64,000 bases of DNA from Candidatus Bathyarchaeota archaeon (GTDB lineage: Archaea > Thermoproteota > Bathyarchaeia > Bathyarchaeales > Bathycorpusculaceae). Each line of letters begins with the position of its first letter. Position 1 is the first letter of the stretch. The translations under genes were made by a program, and so were the position numbers. Shown in pieces: positions 9,689 to 21,860 of the stretch. Where the stretch lies: positions 32,001 through 96,000 of the forward strand of contig CAWHDT010000003.1 in the NCBI GenBank assembly GCA_963828195.1, read 5' to 3'. Below the pieces are notes generated by a model. That model had not been told where the DNA came from, made no database searches, and worked only from the letters and a program-made list of their open reading frames with translations.

Positions 9689-9828
9689 ATTATCCTGTTA
9701 AAAATCTCTGTGTCTAGATTCTGCATTGTTTCGCTTAAAAGCCTTGCGTGAGCTTCTCTGGTTGTTTAAAACGCGAATGTGTTCCAGTGCAATTGTCTTT
9801 CAGGAGCTTCTTCTTGAAGCGGGATTTA

Positions 9829-9847
9829 TTCGCGTGTAATTTAAACG
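9829..9847 (-). repeat. inverted copy of the 19-bp arm motif
   Basis: Reverse complement CGTTTAAATTACACGCGAA is 18/19 identical to 9113-9131; another inverted copy (15/19) at 8258-8276. Confidence 0.75.
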
Positions 9848-9874
9848 CTTGACCTGAGGAGGTAAATCTCAATT

Positions 9875-10315
9875 TCATGCGATAATTTGAGTATAATCAT
9901 TAAAAATAGGTTCAGAAATAGGCTGAATTTGGAAATGGCGCGGGATGTGGGATTTGAACCCACGCGGCCTTTCGACCACAGACTTAGCAGGCCTGCCCCC
10001 TACCAGGCTAGGGCAATCCCGCACGAAACTGTTTTGTTGTTCCAAGCCTGATTTAGACATATTAAGATGTTCAATTTGAACACCTAAGTGGTCGGTCTCA
10101 GCCATCTCAGTATGAGGTAATTTAATTAAAGTTTTCTGAACATTTAAACCACAGCCTTTGCTTAGCTGCAGTTCTGCGTATTCCTTAGACTGTTGATGAT
10201 AGAAGAATTTGCTTTTACCATACTCAGCTTTGCCTGCATAATGCCTAACTCTGTAGTAGTTGCCTAATTGCTGAAGATAACCTTCTCGCTTACATACTTC
10301 ACATATTATTCTCAT
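9875..10315 (-). CDS. Zn-finger-like ORF reading through tRNA-Ser; candidate split-integrase N-terminal fragment
   Basis: MRIICEVC...YYRVRHY...YHQQ; TTTATA upstream; frame stays open across the whole tRNA. The integrase link is inference. Confidence 0.5.
   Translation of the reverse strand: MRIICEVCKREGYLQQLGNYYRVRHYAGKAEYGKSKFFYHQQSKEYAELQLSKGCGLNVQKTLIKLPHTEMAETDHLGVQIEHLNMSKSGLEQQNSFVRDCPSLVGGRPAKSVVERPRGFKSHIPRHFQIQPISEPIFNDYTQIIA
9936..10022 (-). tRNA. tRNA-Ser(GCT), CCA encoded
   Basis: GCGGGAT/ATCCCGC acceptor stem, CAGGC-CTGCTAA-GTCTG anticodon arm, long variable arm, GGTTCAAATCC T-loop, G73, CCA. Confidence 0.96.
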
Positions 10316-10437
10316 TTTATCACATTCTAGGTTTTGGTCTTCTGGGGTGGTCAACTTTGGATATAAAGACCATTAAAACAAAAATAGGGAGCGTTAAGCA
10401 AAGATATTATATTCAAAATAAACTATGAAGCATTGTT

Positions 10438-10779
10438 GTGGGAGCAATGTTAAGAGACATTAAACTAATGCTTGTGGCTAATGCATTCTTAAGTTTGCTT
10501 TTTGTTTATACTAACTACTTCATTTGGGCAGGTTTCAACATAAGCCCCAAAGGCTACATTAATTTATTAACCTATGGACCTGGCATAATTGGTTATCACT
10601 TATATTTTCTTGTCAATGGTCAGATGGAAGGTTTTAATGGAGCATATTTTGTTACGTTTAACTTTCCTTTCTGGCTCTTCTTTCTGGCAATAGCAGTAAA
10701 CATGTACTTCATCTTTAGACTCCAAAGAAGCATCGAAGGAAAACAGCATTCTGAGTGGGGAGCCCCTCTGCCACCTTGA
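10438..10779 (+). CDS. hypothetical membrane protein
   Basis: 2-3 hydrophobic segments in AT-rich DNA. Confidence 0.6.
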   Translation: MGAMLRDIKLMLVANAFLSLLFVYTNYFIWAGFNISPKGYINLLTYGPGIIGYHLYFLVNGQMEGFNGAYFVTFNFPFWLFFLAIAVNMYFIFRLQRSIEGKQHSEWGAPLPP

Positions 10780-11385
10780 GAGGTCCTTGAATTAAAGAAG
10801 ACAGCTAAAAGAATATGCTCTAAATGTTTAATCTTCTGTTATGAAGCAAATGTGCGATAAATATTCTTGCTGACCCAGTCAAGCTTGCCATATGTGCTCT
10901 ATATTCAAAGTAATATGCCCAGAAGTATATTACTTGTTTACAGCTGGCTGGGGCACCGTTACTTTATATATAATCTTTAAAGAAATTTCTTGTTAAGATT
11001 CTTCAGCCTTTACCTTTAACCTCTTAACCATCGAAACTTAGCTGGTGTTCAATGTACCATGAGGGGGCTGAGCCTAAAAAGACTGTGCCCTTTTGCACAC
11101 CAAACTTTGGCTTTTAAGAAGTAGATAGGCTGATAAAGTAGGCAAAAGATTTCGGCTTTTCTAGATTGATGAGGATCATGAAATCACTTGCCCTTTTCAG
11201 GTGCAAATAACGCCAATCCACCGAAGTAAATATCTAGGCAAGCCTTCATCCAAAATGGGGCTAACAAGGGAGGAAAAGCAGACAACGCCAGACGAAGGAT
11301 TAGAAAATATTTTCATCACCAAGACAGAAATAGAGAAATACCTGTAGTCTCAACAGTAAAGTAGACCTTTGCGGTAGGGTTTTGT

Positions 11386-11823
11386 ATGGTTGGAAAGTTA
11401 TCAAAAGCGGATGTAGCCTTCATGCAGAAATTGCCAGTGTGCAGAATGGCAACGGCAACCGAAGAGTGTGAGCCAATTGTGAGGCCTGTTTGGCCCGTAT
11501 TTGACGGCGTACATATCTATATTGCGACTGACCCTGACACACCCAAGCTGGAACACATAGAAGCAAACCCTGAGGTGTCACTGGTGTTTGATGATTACGA
11601 CCGAAACAACTGGTCAAACATCAAGGGCGTCCGCGTGCAGGGAGAAGCGACAGTTATATTGAAAGGCAAAGAATACCGTTACGCACATGATCTTCTCAAG
11701 GAAAAGTACCCTGAGTACCAAACAGAGGAAGGCAGCTGGAAAGAAGGCGACATACCAATAATCAAGGTACTGCCGACATCTTTCACGACGTGGGCACAAG
11801 GCGAATGGAAAAAGCAGCCTTAA
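11386..11823 (+). CDS. pyridoxamine 5'-phosphate oxidase family protein
   Basis: CRMAT, PVWPVFDG, KLEHIEANPEVSLVFD, GVRVQGEA. Confidence 0.87.
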   Translation: MVGKLSKADVAFMQKLPVCRMATATEECEPIVRPVWPVFDGVHIYIATDPDTPKLEHIEANPEVSLVFDDYDRNNWSNIKGVRVQGEATVILKGKEYRYAHDLLKEKYPEYQTEEGSWKEGDIPIIKVLPTSFTTWAQGEWKKQP

Positions 11824-11873
11824 ACTAAATTTTTCTCAAATTGATATTGACCTGCCTTTCTCGTATGGCAACC

Positions 11874-12758
11874 TTAAACCTTACGTAAGCGGTGAGCAAC
11901 AAATATTCGCCACTTAGATGTCGTTGAGTCATGGGGGAAATTGGCTTTTCTAAACTCTTCCAATTCTTCCCTGACTGCCTTTTGTGTTGCTGGGTCAAGG
12001 TTTGGAAAGGACCAATTCCATCGCCCGCCTCTATCCGAGAAAGCCGATATCTGCCTCCATTCGCCGCGAGACTCAGGAGAAACTTTAAACTCAAAAGGCA
12101 CCTCTCTTGCCGCAAACCCGCATCTGCCAAAAAGAGCGGGAAAGTCAATTCTTTGGCGAAAACGCTGAGCCAAATTATTTTTCAAGTCTTCAGGCTTGAC
12201 GCCATGCTTCAAAAGCACCTCTCTAACCTTTACGCGGAAAGTTTCACGCATCTCTGTGTTTCCATCGACCCAGGACGGCACGCTGACGGCGAATTCGCCT
12301 GACTCAGTCAAGAGCCCGAGAAGCCCAGCAAGCACTCTTTCAGGTTCGGGAAAGTGCCAGAATGCTGAGTTGCAAACTGCGAAGTCAAATTTTTGTCCAG
12401 CGAGAAGCTGCGAAATGTCACCTGCGTCTCCGTGAATGAAAACAATATTCGTAGCTTTGGCTGCCGCTGCGTTCTCCTTGGCGACATTCATCATCTCCTC
12501 TGAGAAATCTAAGGCAACAACATTTCCTCTTCTGGCAATCTTAGCGAGTTTAAGGGTGCACACGCCGGTTCCGCATGCTAGCTCAAGCACTCTTGAGTCC
12601 TCTTTTATTTGGAGTTGATGGATTAATTCTTCAGCAACGGTGCCGTAAAAGTGCCACTTCTTTTCATATGCGTCATATTGTCTCGCGCTGCCGTTCCACT
12701 CGTCAAGCTGAATCGGGGATGGCTCTGACGATGCAGAAGACGCATTAACTTTTTGCAT
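11874..12758 (-). CDS. class I SAM-dependent methyltransferase
   Basis: VLELACGTG, ALDFSEEM, GDA, FDFAVCNSAFWH. Confidence 0.9.
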   Translation of the reverse strand: MQKVNASSASSEPSPIQLDEWNGSARQYDAYEKKWHFYGTVAEELIHQLQIKEDSRVLELACGTGVCTLKLAKIARRGNVVALDFSEEMMNVAKENAAAAKATNIVFIHGDAGDISQLLAGQKFDFAVCNSAFWHFPEPERVLAGLLGLLTESGEFAVSVPSWVDGNTEMRETFRVKVREVLLKHGVKPEDLKNNLAQRFRQRIDFPALFGRCGFAAREVPFEFKVSPESRGEWRQISAFSDRGGRWNWSFPNLDPATQKAVREELEEFRKANFPHDSTTSKWRIFVAHRLRKV

Positions 12759-12917
12759 TTCAGGTTTGTTTGAGGAAACCGTGAACTTTTCAACTCCTTA
12801 ACCAATATCGAGTTTAGATTTATTTGAATTCTCAAATTGCTGATAAGCTCCTAATATAGTTAGCCGATGACATGTAGCTGAAAAGTTTTTTTAACCTAAA
12901 CCCAGCTAACGGTTGGT

Positions 12918-13691
12918 ATGCAAAACATTGACCCAGTCTTTATCCTTCAGCCAATCATCGTAATTATCCTCTGCTCAGCGCTGCTGGTTTACTGGTATGC
13001 CAAGCGCCGCTTTCACCTAATGGTACTCATATATTCTCTGGTCGCATACTCGGTCGCAATCGCCCTCAAAGAGGCAGTCCAAATTCCCACCATTGGCATG
13101 GTTACAAGCTATTTTGGCTCGCAAAGCGCGGGGTTAGGCGTCTATTATGGGCTTCAAACTGTTTTCTTCGAGGTAGGTCTCGCTTACGCAGTGGCTTGGT
13201 ATGTGGTTTCCCGGGGTTTGCTGGAGAGAAAAGACGCTGAGGCTTATGGAGCAGGATTAGCTTTCTGGGAAAACGCTGGCTTACTTGGTGTTCTCTCGTT
13301 AATCAGCCTGGTTGCTTACTACAGCATTCTCTCAACAAACACGTCGCTTGCCCAAACTGTCTATGACCAATTAAGCAAGAATGCGTCTGGACTCTTCGCA
13401 CCCGCCTCAACAGCACTGGCGTCCGTTGCTTACGGCACCCTTGAGCGGGTTTCTTCAATTTTATTTCATTCCGCTTGGGGATACCTCTGCTTCATGGCGG
13501 CTTACTTTCACAAAAAACGGTTATTCGCTATCGCTTTGCCCATGGGCTTTGTTGACTTTCTTGTTCCTTTCGCTCAAAATTTAGGAATCCCTCTCTTTGA
13601 AGCAGTAGTTTTCGCTTTGTCTGTCCTCTCGGTGTTGGTGGCCTGGTACTCAGTAAAGCATGTGAGGACAACCGCTAGAAGCCAGCAGTAA
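12918..13691 (+). CDS. YhfC-like intramembrane metalloprotease family protein
   Basis: Multi-TM; FFEVG, AYGAGLAFWE, ERVSSILFH motifs. Confidence 0.7.
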   Translation: MQNIDPVFILQPIIVIILCSALLVYWYAKRRFHLMVLIYSLVAYSVAIALKEAVQIPTIGMVTSYFGSQSAGLGVYYGLQTVFFEVGLAYAVAWYVVSRGLLERKDAEAYGAGLAFWENAGLLGVLSLISLVAYYSILSTNTSLAQTVYDQLSKNASGLFAPASTALASVAYGTLERVSSILFHSAWGYLCFMAAYFHKKRLFAIALPMGFVDFLVPFAQNLGIPLFEAVVFALSVLSVLVAWYSVKHVRTTARSQQ

Positions 13692-13772
13692 CTGAAATTA
13701 ACTTTAAACCGCGGTCTAAGTGGCGAAAAGCTTATCTCTGAACCGCCATAAAAAGGGTAACGAGGGGTAGCT

Positions 13773-14573
13773 GTGTCGCTTGAACCGGGCAGAAAATTGG
13801 GGCTGACAGCAAGCATAATCAACATTTTATTGCCAGTCATCACGGTAATCTTATATGGCTTTATTATTTTGTCTATTATCGCGTCGGTTTCCCGCGCGGT
13901 TTCAGGGGAAAGCGTTGGTCTTCCAATTCTTTCTTCAGCGGCAATATTAGGCGTGTTTATCGGGCTTGGATTGCTTGGGCTAGTGGGGTTCATATTTTTC
14001 GTAATCTCAATGCATCGGTTGAGCCAATACTACAATGAACCGGGCATTTTCAAAAATATGCTGCATGGCATAATTGTAGCGATTGTTGGAGTCATTTCAC
14101 TGGTTATAGTACTGGTTGCCATCGTTGTCTACGCAATTGAAAGAGCAAAAACCGCAACGACAGTTGCCCCATCAATAATATCGGTCATCGGAGTATACCT
14201 AGTTTTATTCGTTGCGTTCCTGGCGATCTTAATAGTTAGCGCCGTCTTTTGGAAGCGCGCATTCAACAAGCTTGCGGAAAAATCTGGAAACAACAATTTC
14301 AACACTGCTGGATTGCTAATGTTACTGGGGGCAGCCCTCTCGGTTGTTGGAATAGGCGGATTATTAAGCTGGATTGCATGGATCTTCGCAGCCATGGGAT
14401 TTAACTCGCTTAGACCGAAAACACCTGAAACCTCAGCTTTCCCATACGCCACCCCACAGCCCCAATTTACAAGCCCAATGCAAAAAAAGTTTTGCCCTTA
14501 CTGCGGAACAGAAAACCCCATAGACTCTGTTTACTGCACAAACTGCGGCCAAAAACTCCAAGAAACCAAGTGA
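13773..14573 (+). CDS. DUF996-like membrane protein with C-terminal zinc ribbon
   Basis: LSQYYNEPGIFKN, LAEKSG...FNTAGL; CPYCG...CTNCG. Confidence 0.8.
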   Translation: MSLEPGRKLGLTASIINILLPVITVILYGFIILSIIASVSRAVSGESVGLPILSSAAILGVFIGLGLLGLVGFIFFVISMHRLSQYYNEPGIFKNMLHGIIVAIVGVISLVIVLVAIVVYAIERAKTATTVAPSIISVIGVYLVLFVAFLAILIVSAVFWKRAFNKLAEKSGNNNFNTAGLLMLLGAALSVVGIGGLLSWIAWIFAAMGFNSLRPKTPETSAFPYATPQPQFTSPMQKKFCPYCGTENPIDSVYCTNCGQKLQETK

Positions 14574-14694
14574 CCAATCTCTTCAGAATCTCCTCGTCGG
14601 TTCGATTTTGGCTTAAGATTTTTAGCCGATTTTTTTTACAAAAAATCTTATATCTAAGAGATTGTTCCTTTGTGAGTGGAAGTTGTGATTATTT

Positions 14695-15675
14695 ATGGCT
14701 GTTAAAACAACCCCTGACTACATTGACTTGCTGAACCGAGCGGTTGAACGTGAAATCCAAGTTTCACTTCAGTACATGCTTCAGCACGCCAAAATGGAAA
14801 AGCTCGTGCGTAGAGTTATCCCTGAAAACATCCTTCTGGACAAAACCACCTACGACGCGGTTGGAAAGTTCCTGCGAGAAATCGCCATTCAAGAAATGAA
14901 ACATGCCGCAAGCATAATTGAGCGCATTTACTATCTTGGTGGACAAGCAACAACAAAATCGGGTAAAGTCACTATTGGCGACAGCTTAAGCGAATTTGCC
15001 CAATTAGGCGTCAAAGCTGAAGAAGAAGCCTTAACCCTTTATCGGCAAATCATCGAGACGGCAGGAAAAATGGGCGATTGGGAAACACGCGAGCTTTTCG
15101 AGAAAATCTACGGCGAAGAAGAAGGGCACTTATTCAAATTCCAAGAGTACACAAAGTTCCAAGACGAGAAAGATGAGCCGAGCAAAATGCCGATGGACGA
15201 TTGGCGTAAAATATACACAGACGACTACTTTACACTCTTAAACAAGGCTGTCTCAGGCGAAATCACCGGAATCATCCAGTACACGAATCAACATGAGAAA
15301 ATGGCTTTCATGGAGCTCCGAAGGAAAAATACGCCGTTAGAAACTGTCACTGAAACTAACTATGCTGCGGTTGCAAGCAAAATACTCAAGGGCGTCTTTA
15401 TGCAAGAAATGGACCATCTAGAAAAAATCAGTGAACGGATTTACTTACTTGAAGGCGAAGCAGCAATTAAACCAGATCCACTGCCAGTCATAGGCGAATC
15501 ACCTTTAGATTTCATGAAGTTGGATCACGCATTAGAAAGCACCACAATATCGCTATATCGACAAATCATCGCTGAAGCACTTAAACGCGGCGACACAACC
15601 ACAAGACGACTGTTTGAAGACATAATACTCCAAGAAGAAGACCACTACTGGACATTCGACGATTACGTAAAATAA
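14695..15675 (+). CDS. tandem two-domain bacterioferritin/ferritin-like protein
   Basis: Two repeats of LLNxAVxxE...QY...EMxH...ERIY..EExH. Confidence 0.85.
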   Translation: MAVKTTPDYIDLLNRAVEREIQVSLQYMLQHAKMEKLVRRVIPENILLDKTTYDAVGKFLREIAIQEMKHAASIIERIYYLGGQATTKSGKVTIGDSLSEFAQLGVKAEEEALTLYRQIIETAGKMGDWETRELFEKIYGEEEGHLFKFQEYTKFQDEKDEPSKMPMDDWRKIYTDDYFTLLNKAVSGEITGIIQYTNQHEKMAFMELRRKNTPLETVTETNYAAVASKILKGVFMQEMDHLEKISERIYLLEGEAAIKPDPLPVIGESPLDFMKLDHALESTTISLYRQIIAEALKRGDTTTRRLFEDIILQEEDHYWTFDDYVK

Positions 15676-15761
15676 AACAAAACCCCTCTCTTTCCTTTAG
15701 TTTGAAATTTCATGGCGGTTTTCTCCGAAACCTTAATTCCACAGATTCAGCAACAGTAAAT

Positions 15762-15917
15762 ATGGCAGAGGCGAAGAATGTGACAGAAAAAAATAAGCCT
15801 CGTTGCATGAACTGCGGACATTTTATCGACGACTGCAACTGCGTTTGCCCATACTGTGGGGAAACCGTGAAATGCACTTGCTGTATAGGAACCGATAAAG
15901 CATCAGGCGGCGGCTAA
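15762..15917 (+). CDS. small Cys-rich protein
   Basis: ATG at 15762; CMNC...CNCVCPYC...CTCC (9 Cys in 51 aa). Confidence 0.7.
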   Translation: MAEAKNVTEKNKPRCMNCGHFIDDCNCVCPYCGETVKCTCCIGTDKASGGG

Positions 15918-15957
15918 ACCGTCTACTTAACAAAAAAATTGTTCAAAGGGAAACAAA

Positions 15958-18835
<2,878 letters not shown>

Positions 18836-19246
18836 AAAAATGGCTGGCCTCTTAAAAGAGGCGTAAAAAGCTTTCCTTTCTCCTCGATCCTTCTCAAACA
18901 AGATTAGTCAAAACTGCTTATAAACCGCTATTGCCACAATTGACATATGTCTAAAAGTGCTTTACTTCGGTTTTCTTTCTGACTCGTTGAAACAGTTTGC
19001 ATTTGCCCAAATTTTGTGCCTTATTTTTTGGGATTGACCAAGAAATGAGCGAGGATGGGCATCTTGTTTTAATTATATTTTGGCACAAGCCTTAACCCTA
19101 CTAGTTTTTAGTCGATTACGGGTTTTTTTGTGGAAAAAAGGCTTTTTTGGATTATTTTATTTGCTCTTTTTTGTTTATTTTCTATGGGAACTATTATTGT
19201 CTCTATAGGCTATATTTGCAATTTGATGTGGAAACAATTTATATAT

Positions 19247-19294
19247 GCGCTAAATGTAGTGTGTGGATAAGAACGTTGACACTATGAGATGTCC
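19247..19294 (+). promoter_or_regulatory. putative NrdR boxes
   Basis: GCGCTAAATGTAGTGT (19247-19262) just after TATA TTTATATA; weaker ACACTATGAGATGTCC 32 bp downstream. Consensus acaCwAtATaTwGtgt. Confidence 0.55.
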
Positions 19295-19730
19295 CTACTG
19301 CAACTCTGAAAACTCCAAAACTTTGGAAACACGTGATTCTCCAGATAACACTACACGCAGACGCAGAGAATGCGTCAGTTGCGGAAAACGCTTCACGACC
19401 TACGAGTACGTGGAAACCGTGGAGATTATGGTTAGAAAAAAAGACGAGCGGCTCGAACGCTTCGACGTCAACAAGATAATCCGTGGCTTGCAGAAAGCAT
19501 GCGAGAAAAGACCTGTAACCATGAACCAAATCAACGAGTTAGCAGGACAAGTAAGACAGGATCTTATGCTTAAAGACGCCGAAGAAGTCTCATCGCAGGA
19601 AATCGGAGATTTAATAATGAAGTACCTGAAAAACGTGGATCGCATAGCGTACATTCGGTTTGCGTCTGTTTACAAAAAGTTTGAGGAGCCTGAAGATTTC
19701 AGGCGGTTACTCCTTGAGGTGAAAAAATGA
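19284..19730 (+). CDS. nrdR: transcriptional repressor NrdR
   Basis: MRCPYC...RRRRECVSCGKRFTTYE, ATP cone, AYIRFASVY. Confidence 0.95.
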   Translation: MRCPYCNSENSKTLETRDSPDNTTRRRRECVSCGKRFTTYEYVETVEIMVRKKDERLERFDVNKIIRGLQKACEKRPVTMNQINELAGQVRQDLMLKDAEEVSSQEIGDLIMKYLKNVDRIAYIRFASVYKKFEEPEDFRRLLLEVKK

Positions 19731-21853
19731 AGTTTGTATTAAAACGTGATAGTAAATTAGAAACCTTCGACCAAGAACGTATAGCAAACGCCATTTGGAA
19801 AGCCGCTAAAGCTGTAGGCGGAACGGATAAAGAGCTTGCAAAACGCTTAAGCGACGAAGTAGTGGCGGAGCTGCAAAAAACTTACGGCGACGATGGAGTA
19901 CCCACAGTTGAGGAAATCCAAGATGTCGTTGAAAAACGCTTGATTGAAAACGGCAACGCACAGACGGCGAAAGCCTACATTCTCTACAGAAAACAGCACA
20001 CTGACATGCGTGAGTTAGCCGCATTGCTTAGTTCCTCAGACATGGTGGATCAGTACCTTGAGGTTGAGGATTGGCGGGTTAAAGAAAACAGCAACATGAG
20101 CTATTCCCTGCAGGGGTTAAACAATTACCTCTCATCCACTGTGATAGCTAAGTACTGGATATCAAGGATTTATCCCCAGAACATTGCTGATGCACACTTC
20201 TCCGGCGACATGCACATCCACGACTTAGGCGTGCTGGGCGCATACTGTGTCGGCTGGGACATAAGCGAATTGTTACTCGCAGGCTTCGGAGGAGTTTCAG
20301 GTAAAATAGAAAGCAAACCAGCCAAACACTTCCGAACTGCACTAGGCCAAGTCGTAAACTTCTTCTATACGTTGCAAGGTGAAGCGGCGGGTGCGCAAGC
20401 TTTCAGTAACTTTGACACTTACCTTGCCCCATTCATAAGATATGACCATCTTAATCAGAAGGAAGTTGAGCAGGCGCTTCAGGAATTCTTCTTCAACATG
20501 AACGTGCCGACCCGCGTGGGCTTCCAAACACCCTTCACCAATTTGACGCTAGATTTGACTGTACCTGACTTCATGAAAAACGAGGCGGTTCTATTCAACG
20601 GAAAAGTAACTCAAGACACCTACGGCGACATGACTAAGGAAATGGAAATGTTCAATTTAGCCTTCGCTGAAGGCATGCGACAAGGCGACTCTAAAGGCAG
20701 AGTATTCACTTTCCCGATACCGACGTACAACATCACTAAAGACTTCAATTGGGATTCACCCGTTGCCCAAGCGATCTTTGAAGTTACAGCCAAATATGGG
20801 GTGCCGTACTTTTCAAACTTCGTTAACAGCGACATGAAGCCTGAAGATGTACGCAGCATGTGCTGCCGCCTGAGAATAGATAACCGTGAGTTACGCAAGC
20901 GAGGCGGAGGATTCTTCGGCGCTAACCCGTTAACAGGCAGCATAGGCGTCGTCACACTTAACATTCCAAGAATCGGCTATTTATCCAAAGACGAAGATGA
21001 ATTCTTCGAGCGGCTAGAAACACTGATGGAAACCGCCAAATCAAGTTTAGAAATCAAACGCAAAGTGCTTGAAGCCTTCACAGACAACGGCTTATACCCG
21101 TATTCCCGCCGTTACCTGCGCCACGTGAAAGAAAACTACGGCAAATTCTGGAAGAACCACTTCTCCACCATAGGCATAGTCGGCATTAACGAGGCAATCA
21201 TAAACCTGCTGGGACAAAATATCGCGACGAAGGATGGACAAGCATTCGCCGTTAAAATGTTAGATTTCATGCGCAGCCGCTTAGCTGATTACCAAGAGGA
21301 AACAGGCTGCATCTACAATCTTGAAGCAACTCCCGCTGAAGGCACGTCGTATAGGCTAGCCCGCATAGACAAACGCCGATACAAAGACATCATATTCGCC
21401 AACCAAAAACAAGTACAAACTGAACATGCAGAACCATTCTACACAAACTCCTCCCAGCTACCCGTTGATTTCGCAGGAGACCTCTTTGAAGCTCTTGAGC
21501 ACCAGGAAACTCTTCAGACACTCTACACTGGAGGCACCGTGTTTCACATTTTTCTCGGCGAGCGACTTAACTCGTGGAAAGCAGCCGCTGAACTCATCAA
21601 AAAAGTCGCTTGGAACTCAAAGCTCCCCTACTTCACGCTGACACCCACATTCAGTGTTTGCCCAACACATGGCTACACTAACGGCGAACACAAAATCTGC
21701 CCAACCTGCGGAGCGAACTGCGAAGTTTACTCAAGAGTAGTCGGGTACCTGCGACCTGTTGACCAGTGGAACGATGGAAAACAAGCCGAATTCGCGATGC
21801 GCAAAACCTTCGATAGATCAACCGTCACGGTTTCGACGCCCTTAACATCGTAA
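19727..21853 (+). CDS. nrdD: anaerobic (class III) ribonucleoside-triphosphate reductase with ATP cone
   Basis: N-terminal ATP cone, HIHDL, SMCCRL, EATPAE, CPTH..CPTC, YSRVVGYLRP glycyl-radical loop. Confidence 0.95.
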   Translation: MKFVLKRDSKLETFDQERIANAIWKAAKAVGGTDKELAKRLSDEVVAELQKTYGDDGVPTVEEIQDVVEKRLIENGNAQTAKAYILYRKQHTDMRELAALLSSSDMVDQYLEVEDWRVKENSNMSYSLQGLNNYLSSTVIAKYWISRIYPQNIADAHFSGDMHIHDLGVLGAYCVGWDISELLLAGFGGVSGKIESKPAKHFRTALGQVVNFFYTLQGEAAGAQAFSNFDTYLAPFIRYDHLNQKEVEQALQEFFFNMNVPTRVGFQTPFTNLTLDLTVPDFMKNEAVLFNGKVTQDTYGDMTKEMEMFNLAFAEGMRQGDSKGRVFTFPIPTYNITKDFNWDSPVAQAIFEVTAKYGVPYFSNFVNSDMKPEDVRSMCCRLRIDNRELRKRGGGFFGANPLTGSIGVVTLNIPRIGYLSKDEDEFFERLETLMETAKSSLEIKRKVLEAFTDNGLYPYSRRYLRHVKENYGKFWKNHFSTIGIVGINEAIINLLGQNIATKDGQAFAVKMLDFMRSRLADYQEETGCIYNLEATPAEGTSYRLARIDKRRYKDIIFANQKQVQTEHAEPFYTNSSQLPVDFAGDLFEALEHQETLQTLYTGGTVFHIFLGERLNSWKAAAELIKKVAWNSKLPYFTLTPTFSVCPTHGYTNGEHKICPTCGANCEVYSRVVGYLRPVDQWNDGKQAEFAMRKTFDRSTVTVSTPLTS

Positions 21854-21860
21854 GAGTGAA

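Noticed and set aside
5576-10022. CRISPR interpretation of the recurring repeats
   Set aside because: Spacing is 0.7-2 kb with genes between, the repeats derive from tRNA, and there are no cas genes. No CRISPR array was seen in the window.
10780-11380. 600-bp AT-rich gap as int(C) or ncRNA
   Set aside because: No recombinase motif, tRNA 5'-half copy or clear structure was recognised.
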